Assembly (NCBI GenBank): GCA_002269645.1
Contig: NIVC01001974.1
Span: 153,002 to 217,001 of the forward strand
Length of the DNA: 64,000 nt
From: Macrostomum lignano
Lineage: Eukaryota
Reading direction: 5' to 3'
The notes beneath the pieces are model-generated. The model was not told the DNA's origin, made no database searches, and saw nothing but the letters and a program-made list of their open reading frames with translations. Positions 26,401 to 36,369 of the stretch are shown in pieces; position 1 is the stretch's first letter, and each line of letters opens with the position of its first letter. A program made the translations under genes and the position numbers.

Positions 26401-28974
26401 ATCAGTTTTCTCAGAATGATGATTTTGAATTTTTGTGAGGCTCCTGCGATCAGATTCTCAGAATGATGATTTTGAATTTTTGTGTGGCTCCTGCTATCAG
26501 ATTCTTAGAATGATGATTTAGAATTTTTGTGAGGCTCCTGTGATCAGATTCTAAGAATGATGATTTAGAATTTTTTGTGAGGCTCCTGTGATCAGTTTCT
26601 CAGAATGATGATTTTGAATTTTTGTGAGGCTCCTGTGATCAGATTCTAAGAATGATGATTTTGAATTTTTGTGAGGCTCCTGTGATCAGTTTTCTCAGAA
26701 TGATGATTTTGAATTTTTGTGAGGCTCCTGTGATCAGATTCTAAGAATGATGATTTTGAATTTTTGTGAGGCTCCTGTGATCAGATTCTCAGAATGATGA
26801 TTTTGAATTTTTGTGAGGCTCCTGTGATCAGTTTCTAAGAATGATGATTTTGAATTTCTGTGAGGCTCCTGTGATCAGTTTCTCAGAATGATGATTTTGA
26901 ATTTTTGTGAGGCTCCTGTGATCAGTTTCTAAGAATGATGATTTTTAATTTCTGTGAGGCTCCTGTGATCAGTTTCTCAGAATGATGATTTTGAATTTTT
27001 GTGAGGCTCCTGTGATCAGTTTCTAAGAATGATGATTTTGAATTTCTGTGAGGCTCCTGTGATCAGATTCTCAGAATGATGATTTTGAATTTTTGTGTGG
27101 CTCCTGCGATCAGTTTCTAAGAACTATGATCTTGAATTCCTACCATACTACTTGCAGAGTCTATTGATTCGAGCGACCATAAGGCCGGAGATTTTGCAAT
27201 TCTCAGACAATAATTGCCCCAGCAACAAGGCCATTATTGATTCCGTTAGCAGCTTCGTGCGTCTGGAACTGCTGAGAGAGCAACCGACCATTGCAGACCT
27301 GTGAGCGAGAGTGGGTGACCTTTTATTCAGTAGATAAAATTTGTCTAAACCGCAGCCAAAGTACATTGGATTCTTATAAACTATAGTTAAAGTAAATTTG
27401 ATGGTTAATGAACTAGTTAAAGTACATTGGATGCTTATGAACTATAGTTAAAGTACATTGGATGCTTATGAACTATATTTAAAGTACATCGGGTGCTTAA
27501 TGAACTATAGTTTAAGTACATCGTATGCTTAATGAACTATAGTTAAAGTACATCGGATGCTTAATTAATTATAGTTAAAGTACATCGGATTCTGAATAAA
27601 CTAGGTAAAGTACATCGGATACTGAATGAACTATAGTTAAAGTACATTGGATGCTTATGAACAATAGTTAAAGTACATTGGCTGCTTATGAACTATATTT
27701 AAAGTACATCGGGTGCTTAATGAACTATACTTAGAGTACGTCGTATGCTTTATGAATTATATTTAAAGTACATCGGATGCTGAATGAACTATAGTTAAAG
27801 TACATTGGATGCTGAATGAACTATAGGTAAAGTACATCGGATGCTGAATGAACTATAGTTAAAGTACATTGGATGCTTATGAACTATAGTTAAAGTACAT
27901 TTTTTATTAGAGGCAGGGGGGTTGTGTGCACCCTGGCGCACTTTAAGCGACATAGGCACACAACCGGCGAGAGGCATTACTGCCCATTCCGCCGACTCCC
28001 CTGAGCAGGCATACAAGCTCGCGGATACGTACGCAGGCACACACTCACACAGGAGTGTACAGCGGCCCTAAATTTATTTTATCGTTAGGCATGTACACTT
28101 CACTGCGCCTTGGGGGGTTGGCTCTCAAGGCCGTTAATTGCACGAGCAGAGCCAAGCCGAGATTCCAATTCGGCCCCAAATTAATGTGACTGCACTTGGA
28201 ATCGAGCCTGGGTCGCTGGCACACCAGAGCAGCTGCGCTACCGCTGGGCTACAGCCCCCCTCTGTTAAAGTACATTGGATGCTTATGAACTATATTTAAA
28301 GTACATCGAGTGCTTAATGAACTATACTTAGAGTACGTCGGATGCTGAATGAACTATAGTTAAAGTACATTGGATGCTTTTGAACTATAGTTAAAGTACA
28401 ATATATGCCTTATAAAATGCAGTTAAAGTCCATAGAATTCCTATCGACCATAGTTAAAGTACATTTTCTTCTTAGATAAAGATGTTAGGATCTGAACCAT
28501 ACTTAAGTAAAATTATTTTTATGAACTATAGTCAAAGTGCTGCTATATTTTACGAGCCTAGATGTACTTTTACTAAGCTCAACCCAGTCTCCCTCCGGCA
28601 TCTTGCGCCCTCCATGCTCTCGCTGCAGACACCTGGCCCTCTTATGCATAGAGCCGGACATTCTCCTGTCTCTGCTCGGCCACCCGAACCTGTCCACAAT
28701 TGCCTGTCCGGCCATTACATCTGCCTTCGTCCTCCTGTCCGAGACTTCAATAACCGTGTCCGACAATCGCTTGAGTTTAAATCTGCCCGAATCTCTGGCC
28801 TGGCTAAGAGGCGACCTCGTCATAGCAACGGTTGCTAAGCAACTGCGCGCCATTCTAGCCAGTCCGTTGCCGCAGTGCGTCCGAATTTTGCATCGCCTCG
28901 AATTGTTGGCCGATTCGGGGTCTGCCGGACTGTCCCTGCTACTGCAGTCTTTGTTTGAGCACCTTGGCGTCTGA
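23410..28974 (+). CDS. Uncharacterised leucine-rich, predicted helical protein; exons 23410-23556, 23636-23782, 24557-24640, 26087-26308, 27122-27300, 28629-28974; 5' end not resolved (possible upstream exon ~22608-22753)
   Basis: Six open exons join with compatible phases (0,0,0,0,2) and proper acceptors and donors, including one GC-AG intron. The protein ends ...LLLQSLFEHLGV*. No family was recognised. Confidence 0.7.
23990..24437. repeat. 18-bp minisatellite (ggggcgccagctacagag)
   Basis: Period 18; same family as 51380-51632 in reverse orientation. Confidence 0.95.
25346..25480 (-). CDS. Candidate 44-aa single-pass transmembrane micropeptide (MSNIQSANKSRICLICLRRLLIVVFPLFVVLLYSSFPDFVQLPI)
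   Basis: This is the first ATG after the predicted TSS, in CAACATG context, and it encodes one hydrophobic stretch. The stretch could instead be an intronic polypyrimidine tract. Confidence 0.3.
   Translation of the reverse strand: MSNIQSANKSRICLICLRRLLIVVFPLFVVLLYSSFPDFVQLPI
25481..25720 (-). promoter_or_regulatory. Pol II promoter/enhancer on the minus strand: TATA box, Inr, two MEF2 sites, AP-1 sites, CRE, E-box (host promoter or LTR U3)
   Basis: TATAAATA at 25519-25512 lies ~30 nt upstream of the Inr TCAGT (+1 ~25490). CTAAAAATAG occurs at 25570-25579 and 25653-25662, TGACTCA at 25642-25648, TGAGTCA at 25668-25674, TGACGTCA at 25583-25590 and CACGTG at 25714-25719. Confidence 0.6.
26355..27121. 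repeat. 47-bp intronic minisatellite derived from the adjacent acceptor/exon start
   Basis: Unit gaatgatgattttgaatttttgtgaggctcctgtgatcagattctca; period 47 (26766, 26813). Confidence 0.95.
27372..28470. repeat. 31-32-bp intronic minisatellite (atgaactatagttaaagtacattggatgctt) interrupted by a SINE
   Basis: Period 31 (27421, 27452). Confidence 0.93.
27901..28263 (-). mobile_element. tRNA-derived SINE (~360 bp) with A-rich tail and 12-bp TSD
   Basis: The minus-strand head GGGGCTGTAGCCCAGCGGTAG carries the A box and GGCTCGATTCC the B box. The tail is CTAATAAAAAA. The flanking direct repeat GTTAAAGTACAT lies at 27889-27900 and 28264-28275. Confidence 0.85.
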
Positions 28975-29024
28975 ACTCTGAACTGCCAGAAGTTCTCAAT
29001 AGGGCTCTGAATTCCAGCTCATCT

Positions 29025-29600
29025 TATGCCATCTGTCCTTTCTCACCTTATCTTATCTCATCTATTCTCACCAGTACTTTTTTCTCATCTCAACTCATCT
29101 AATCTAATCTTACCTGTTCTTTCTCATCTCATCTCATCTAATCTCACCTGTCCTTTCTCATCTCATCTCATCTTATCTAATCTCTCCTGTCCTTTCTCAT
29201 CTCATCTCATCTCATCTTATCTCACCTGTCCTTTCTCATCTCATCTTATCTTATCTAATCTCACCTGTCTTATCTCATCTTATCTTATCTCACCTGTCCT
29301 TTCTCATCTCATCTCATCTTATCTAATCTCACCTGTCCTTTCTCATCTCATCTCATCTTATCTAATCTCACCTGTCCTTTCTCATCTCATCTCATCTTAT
29401 CTAATCTCACCTGTCCTTTCTCATCTCATCTCATCTTATCAAATCTAACCTGTCCTTTCTCATCTCATCTTATCTAATCTCACCTGTCCTTTCTCATCTC
29501 ATCTCGTCTTATCTAATCTCACCTGTCTTTTCTCACCTTATCTCATCTTTTTTAATTCTACCTGTCGTTTCTCATCTCATCCCATCTTATTAAATGTCAC
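29025..29600. repeat. Pyrimidine-rich compound repeat (tctcacctgtcctttctcatctcatctcatcttatctaa)
   Basis: Direct reading. Confidence 0.9.
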
Positions 29601-30249
29601 ATGTCCTTTTTAATCTCCTCTGCTTTTATAGGTATGCCATTTTCAGCTTAATTTGTCTGTCTAGTCTCAACTCATTCTGTATAAGATAAGTATTTAATTA
29701 ATACACTTTCTTTAGTAATAATATGCACACAAAATTATAAACTTTATAAACTTAATTATAAAGACTCAATCCAGTTGTAATTATTTATCTGCTCAACGCC
29801 TAGAGCAGTACAGAGCATATGGAAGCGCAGTCATGCTCGTACATTCGAGAATACGAAGAATAGACGAAAGCACGTCTGCATGCATGGGACAATGGACCGA
29901 GTCTGTGCGTCACAGAGTTTGCACGTTGGCGAAGCTTTGGTGTGGATGTGGAACAGAGAAAGAGAGAGGATTCGGTGAGAAGCGTACCGTAGCCAGTTAA
30001 ACACTAGGAAAGAGTTTAACTGGAATGGCGTGACAAGAATCAGCCTTAATGCGCGTGTACAATGCGCGGCACACTTTCGAATGTACAGTGAACGATTGAG
30101 CCCTCTTCTATGCCAACTTTGACATATTTACTGCTAGCTACATGTATCGTTTGAAAGCGCAACTCGGCTATTTCTGCAGTAACCTTTCTGCGACACTTGA
30201 AGAGTATTGCTTTGTTGCCAAGGCACTAGTCTAAACCTAGGATATTGAT

Positions 30250-32882
30250 ATGACTGCTAGCGTTGGGCGGTTCACTGGTTTGACATCGCTGTGTCTTCTT
30301 GTATCTGGTCTGGTTTGCCTCTGCAGCATCAATGGTGGTAAGTTTTCGGCCGGCTTCCACTGCACATATGCCTAAAATCATTGTCTGCAGATCCTCCCAG
30401 CCTACCAGATCCTCAGTTGCTGGGCCAGCCTCCCAGATCCTCAATTACTGAGCCAATCCCCCAGATCCTCACTGCAGTTGTTGGGCCAGCCTCCCAGATC
30501 CTCAATTACTGAGCCAATCTCCCAGATCCTCAGTTGCTGGGCCAGCCTCCCAGATCCTCAATTGCTGAGCCAATCTCCCAGATTCTCAGTTTTGAGCCAA
30601 TCTCCCAGATTCTCAGTTCTGAGCCAATCTTCCAGATCCTCAGAAAAGACAGTTCCAACCGAAAACTCACAATTCTCAGCCCAAGCATACGAGGTCTGCA
30701 CCATAAAGCCATTCACGAACTCACCCAAGACCACTTTGTACGTGCGCTGTCGCGACTACTGCTGCCGGAGTGAGAACTCTAGTAGTAGCTCTTCGAATTA
30801 CTGCTGCAGCGACTGCAGCCTCAGCGTTCGCAACAGCGGCAGTTGTGCACCTGAGCAGCTTTGGCGATAGTGAGTGCTTTCCAAACAGGGTTTATTGGCT
30901 CATATTGTGAGTGAGTGAATGAGTGACTTACGTGTAGGGAGCGAGTGAATGTTTTATTAAGTGAGTAAGTGTATGAATGAGTTAGTGAATGAATTAGTGA
31001 GTGAATGTGCGAGTGAGTGACTGTGTGTGAGTGAAAAAATGAGTGAGAGATTGTGAGTGAATGAGTGAGTTACGAGTAGCGAGAGAGTGAATGTTTGATT
31101 GAGTAATTGAGTGAGTGAGTGACTGTTTGAATTAGTGAGTGAGTGAATGAGTTAGTGAGTGAATGAATGAATGAGTGAATGAGTGAGTGATTGAATGAGT
31201 GAGTTAGCGAGTGAATGAGTGAGTGAGTGAATGAGTTAGTGAGTGAATGAATGAGTGAATGAGTGAGTGAGTTAGCGAGTGAATGAGCGAGTGAGTGAAT
31301 GAGTCAGTGAGTAAATGAGTGAGTGAGTGAATGAGTTAGTGAGTGAATGAATGAATGAGTGAATGAATGAGTTAGCGAGTGAATGAGTGAGTGAGTGAGC
31401 GAGTGAATGAGCGACTGAGTGAGTGAGTTCCTCGGGAGTTATGACCACAGTCAAGATATAACATTTTAAATCTCTAACCATAATCGTGTCGATGGTCACT
31501 GTAAAAATTTGCTCTCTTAGCTCGCAAAGAAACCTTTTTGTAGAGGCACCGCATGAACCCGATGAACTTTGGTCACGACACCCTCTATGTATTCGAAAAT
31601 TTGAGACAATTGCCAAGACGTATAGAGTTGAAAAAAAAATGTTTTTATTGATTGGTTAAACAAAAACTCTTTACCGTCTCGGACTGGCGTTGGCGTGTAA
31701 AGAAGTGCATTTCAAAAAGATACATTGCATGCACAAGTATATTTACTTAGAAAATATCGTTAGGTATAAAATGCTACCTTATAGGCGTACCCCCTATGCT
31801 CTTGTTGTAAGTTATTTATGCTAATAGAATCGATTAAAGAATTAAAGAATCTTCTCTAATATTGTTTGAATGAATAGTTTTCAATACGCTCATAAGCTGT
31901 GTTATAATTTTAGTGTGCTCTATATCGGCTTCGGTGTCTGCGGCGCTGTGGTGCTCTGCTACCTGTTCACCTACCTGGTCAAGAATTGCAAGGGTTCACT
32001 GAAGCGTAACTGCACCTGTTGCTGGCAGAGGAGCGGCCGAGTTCGCGACCCGACCGTGGGTGAGTGACTCAAGTTCTGCGTGCTGGTCACTGGTCAGCAT
32101 CACTGGTCCACTCAGTCAGTCACTTAATCACTATGTCATAAACTTATTCATGAACTCACTCATAAACTCACTCAAAAACCCAGTCATGAACTCACTCATA
32201 AACTTATTCAAGAACTCAATTATGAACTCACTCATAAACTCACTCATAAACTCACTCATGAACTTATTTACGAATTTATTTATGAACTCAATTATAAAGT
32301 TAATTACTTCTGAACTTACTCATGAACTCACTCATGAGCTCACTTATGAACTCACCCATGAAGACACTCATGAACTCACTCATGAGCTCACTTATGAACT
32401 CACCCATGAAGACACTCATGAACTCACTCATAACCTCACTCATGCACTCACCCATGAACTCACTCATAAACCCAGCCATGACCAGCTCATCTGCCTGGAT
32501 TGGCAACGCTCGTCCCAGGGCGCTTCGACGCGTCCGCCGCATCAGCGCCGGCGTCGCTAACCGAGGTGTCGACACCGACGTCGAATTAGGCGGTGGCGAC
32601 ACCGACAGTTGCTATGGTAACGAGGAGCCTTGGCTGTCGGCCTGGGGTGCGCAGCCGTCGCTGCACGCTCCGCCGCCTCCAGCCTACACGCGGGAATCCC
32701 AGAGTCAGCAGCCGGACAGCAGCGACGGTCGAGAGGACCGGCCGCCGCCCACTTATTCGGCAGTCACTGCGGCGGATGGCGACGAAGTCGAAGAAGCTGT
32801 CGGCTCAACAGCCGAGCCACCGCCGGCATATTCAGCCTGCGCTGAGACGGCAGCAACAGCCGACAGTGAAAACAGCAGTTGA
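30250..32882 (+). CDS. Shisa-like/WBP1-VOPP1-type single-pass membrane protein with Cys-rich ectodomain and cytoplasmic PPxY motifs; exons 30250-30337, 30680-30869, 31914-32059, 32476-32882 (276 aa)
   Basis: Features are a signal peptide (MTASVGRFTGLTSLCLLVSGLVCLCSING), a C..C..CC..CC ectodomain, a TM helix (VLYIGFGVCGAVVLCYLFTYLV), a juxtamembrane Cys cluster and three PPxY motifs (PPPAY, PPPTY, PPPAY). Exon phases 1,2,1 all match GT-AG sites. Confidence 0.85.
30385..30640. repeat. ~30-bp repeat (cccagat[c/t]ctcag...gagccaatct) in intron 1 of the Shisa-like gene
   Basis: Direct reading. Confidence 0.85.
30905..31430. repeat. Degenerate (GAGT/GAAT)n in intron 2 of the Shisa-like gene
   Basis: Direct reading. 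Confidence 0.9.
32105..32470. repeat. Degenerate 12-bp (atgaactcactc) repeat in intron 3 of the Shisa-like gene
   Basis: Direct reading. Confidence 0.85.
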
Positions 32883-32984
32883 AGCTCATTGAACTGACCG
32901 CAGCTTGAATAGGAGAGTTCTGATGAAGTGCTCTGATTTCTGCTGCTGGATGCTGATCGCGGCAACTCTGCACTGAGTTTTTAT

Positions 32985-34050
32985 GTCTCCCGTCTACTCT
33001 ACTGTCTTCCATCTACTCTCTACTGTCTCCCATCTACTCTCTACCGTCTCATCTACTATCTACTGTCACCCATCTACTCTCTACTGTCTCCCATCTGCTC
33101 TCTACTGTCTCCCATCTACTCTCTACTGTCTCCCGTCTACTCTACTGTCTCCCATCTACTCTCTAATGTCTCCCATCTACTCTCTACTGTCTCCCATCTA
33201 CTCTCTAATGTCTCCCATCTACTCTCTACTGTCTCCCATCTACTCTCTACTGTCTCTCAGCTACTCTCTACTGTCTCCCATCTACTCTCTACTGTCTCCC
33301 ATCTACTCTCTACTGTCTCTCATCTACTCTCTACTGTCTTCCATCTACTCTCTACTGTCTCCCATCTACTCTCTACTGTCTCTCAGCTACTCTCTACTGT
33401 CTCCCATCTACTCTCTACTGTCTCCCATCTACTCTCTACTGTCTTCCATCTACTCTCTACTGTCTCCCATCTACTCTCTACTGTCTCTCATCTACTCTCT
33501 ACTGTCTCCCATCTACTCTCTACTGTCTCCCATCTACTCTCTACTGTCTTCCATCTACTCTCTACTGTCTCCCATCTACTCTCTACTGTCTCTCATCTAC
33601 TCTCTACTGTCTCCCATCTACTCTCTACTGTCTCCCATCTGCTCTCCACTGTCTCCCATCTACTCTCTACTGTCTCTCATCTACTCTCTACTGTCTCCCA
33701 TCTACTCTCTACTGTCTCTCATCTACTCTCTACTGTCTCCCATCTACTCTCTACTGTCTCCCATCTGCTCTCCACTGTCTCCCATCTACTCTCTACTGTC
33801 TCTCATCTACTCTCTACTGTCTCCAATCTACTCTCTACTGTCTCCTATCCACTCTCTATTGTCTCTCATCTACTCTCTACTGTCTCCCATCTACTCTCTA
33901 CTGTCTCCCATCTACTATCCACGGTCTCCATCTACTAATCTACTCTCTACTCTCTACTCTCTCGCATCTACTGTCTACTCTCCTATCTTCTCTCTGAACT
34001 CCTCTTTTCCTCTCTCCTCTCCTCTCTCTAATCCTTCCTCTCTCATCATT
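32985..34050. repeat. 21-bp minisatellite (ctactctctactgtctcccat)
   Basis: 7-aa periodic translation SPIYSLL. Confidence 0.95.
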
Positions 34051-34611
34051 CATATTATAGGTCCATAGTATTAATTTTGTAATCTTGGTTCTGTAATTTC
34101 TATGCAATTAAAATTATAGATATTTTTGTTGCACAATGTCTAACTTATGTTGGCTGGTTGCTGACATCAGCTGTTCTCTGAAGAAGCTATTAGAAACTAC
34201 TATGGTAGTAGTACCACACGAGTCGCGCAAAATGAAAAAAAAATTAGTTGATTTTTACAGCATAAAAATATTTATTTTGTTGTCCAAGTTTTACTAACAA
34301 ACAATAAAGTCTATTTTATTTAATGTAATATTTTTTGTTAATATGAGATAAAATTTCAAAATTGGAATGGCTAATTCAATAAAATTATAATAATTAGTTT
34401 TTGTTGATACATTCATCCTTACAATATTTTGCCAAACTACAATTGAAAGAATACAAGGAATATAAAATGTACGAGTATATTGTTGTTAAGTATTTACTCG
34501 AAGTTTACGCGAATAACCTACTTTGCATTTTACTCGTATACTGTAGAATTTTATTTAGTGCGAACTTCGTAAATCTGAAAAAAATCTATTTAAATGTGCT
34601 GTTTAAACACG

Positions 34612-36078
34612 GGCCATAGACAGTAAAAATAAAGCCGATAAAAGCCACACTGCCACAGAACTGCACTCGGCCATAGACAGTAAAAATAAAGCCGATAAAA
34701 GCCACACTGCCACAGAACTGCACTCGGCCATAGACAATAAAGCTAATCAAAGCCACACTGCCACAGAACTGCACTCGGCCATAGACAATAAAGCTAATCA
34801 AAGCCACACTGCCACAGAACTGCACTCGGCCATAGACAATAAAGCCAATCAAAGCCACTGCCACAGAACTGCACTCGGCCATAGACAGTAAAAATAAAGC
34901 CGATAAAAGCCACACTGCCACAGAACTGCACTCGGCCATAGACAATAAAGCTAATCAAAGCCACACTGCCACAGAACTGCACTCGGCCATAGACAATAAA
35001 GCTAATCAAAGCCACACTGCACCAGAACTGCACTCGGCCATAGACAATAAAGCCAATCAAAGCCACTGCCACAGAACTGCACTCGGCCATAGACAATAAA
35101 GCCAATCAAAGCCACTGCCACAGAACTGCACTCGGCCATAGACAATAAAGCTAATCAAAGCCACACTGCCACAGAACTGCACTCGGCCATAGACAATAAA
35201 GCCAATCAAAGCCACTGCCACAGAACTGCACTTGGCCATAGTCAATAAAGCTAATCAAAGCCACTGCCACAGAACTGCACTCGGCCATAGACAATAAAGC
35301 TAATCAAAGCCACACTGCCACAGAACTGCACTCGGCCATAGACAATAAAGCCAATCAAAGCCACTGCCACAGAACTGCACTCGGCCATAGACAATAAAGC
35401 TAATCAAAGCCACACTGCCACAGAACTGCACTCGGCCATAGACAATAAAGCCAATCAAAGCCACTGCCACAGAACTGCACTCGGCCATAGACAATAAAGC
35501 CAATCAAAGCCACTGCCACAGAACTGCACTCGGCCATAGACAATAAAGCTAATCAAAGCCACACTGCCACAGAACTGCACTCGGCCATAGACAATAAAGC
35601 CAATCAAAGCCACTGCCACAGAACTGCACTCGGCCATAGACAATAAAGCCAATCAAAGCCACTGCCACAGAACTGCACTCGGCCATAGACAATAAAGCCA
35701 ATCAAAGCCACTGCCAAAGAACTGCACTTGGCCATAGACAATAAAGCCAATCAAAGCCACTGCCACGGAACTGCACTCGGCCATAGACAATAAAGCTAAT
35801 CAAAGCCACACTGCCACAAAACTGCACTCGGCCATAGACAATAAAGCCAATCAAAGCCACTGCCACAGAACTGCACTCGGCCATAGACAATAAAGCCAAT
35901 CAAAGCCACACTGCCACAGAACTGCACTCGGCCATAGACAATAAAGCCAATCAAAGCCACAGCTGCCAAAAAACTGCACTTGGCCATAGACATTAAAGCC
36001 AATCAAAGCCACAGCTGCCAAAAAACTGCACTCGGCCATAGACATTAAAGCCAATCAAAGCCACACTGCCACAGAACT
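34612..36078. repeat. ~50-52-bp minisatellite (gccacactgccacagaactgcactcggccatagacaataaagccaatcaaa)
   Basis: Direct reading; roughly 28 units. Confidence 0.95.
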
Positions 36079-36369
36079 CCTAGGGAAAGGAGAGAGAGAA
36101 GAGGAGACGCAAACATTGAGCTGGCTGGATTACTATTGTGAAGTTTCAATTAGCCCCGAGTGCCGGATAGTTTGAGAGAGACGGGCCGAAACCTCTGAAG
36201 TAGAAAATTTCAAAGCAAGCATTCTCTCCGCAGAACTTGATTTGTGCACTTGTTGCTGATATTTAATGGAATTGTCCGCTTCATTGGCTTTTTTAAGAAC
36301 GTAACTGAACTGACAAAAGCAATTTACTTGGTTTTCCAAGGCGCAAACCCTAGCTGTACATGTAAGTCA

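Noticed and set aside
28195-28263. Possible tRNA gene
   Set aside because: A and B boxes are present but there is no complete cloverleaf. It continues into a SINE body with a tail and TSD.
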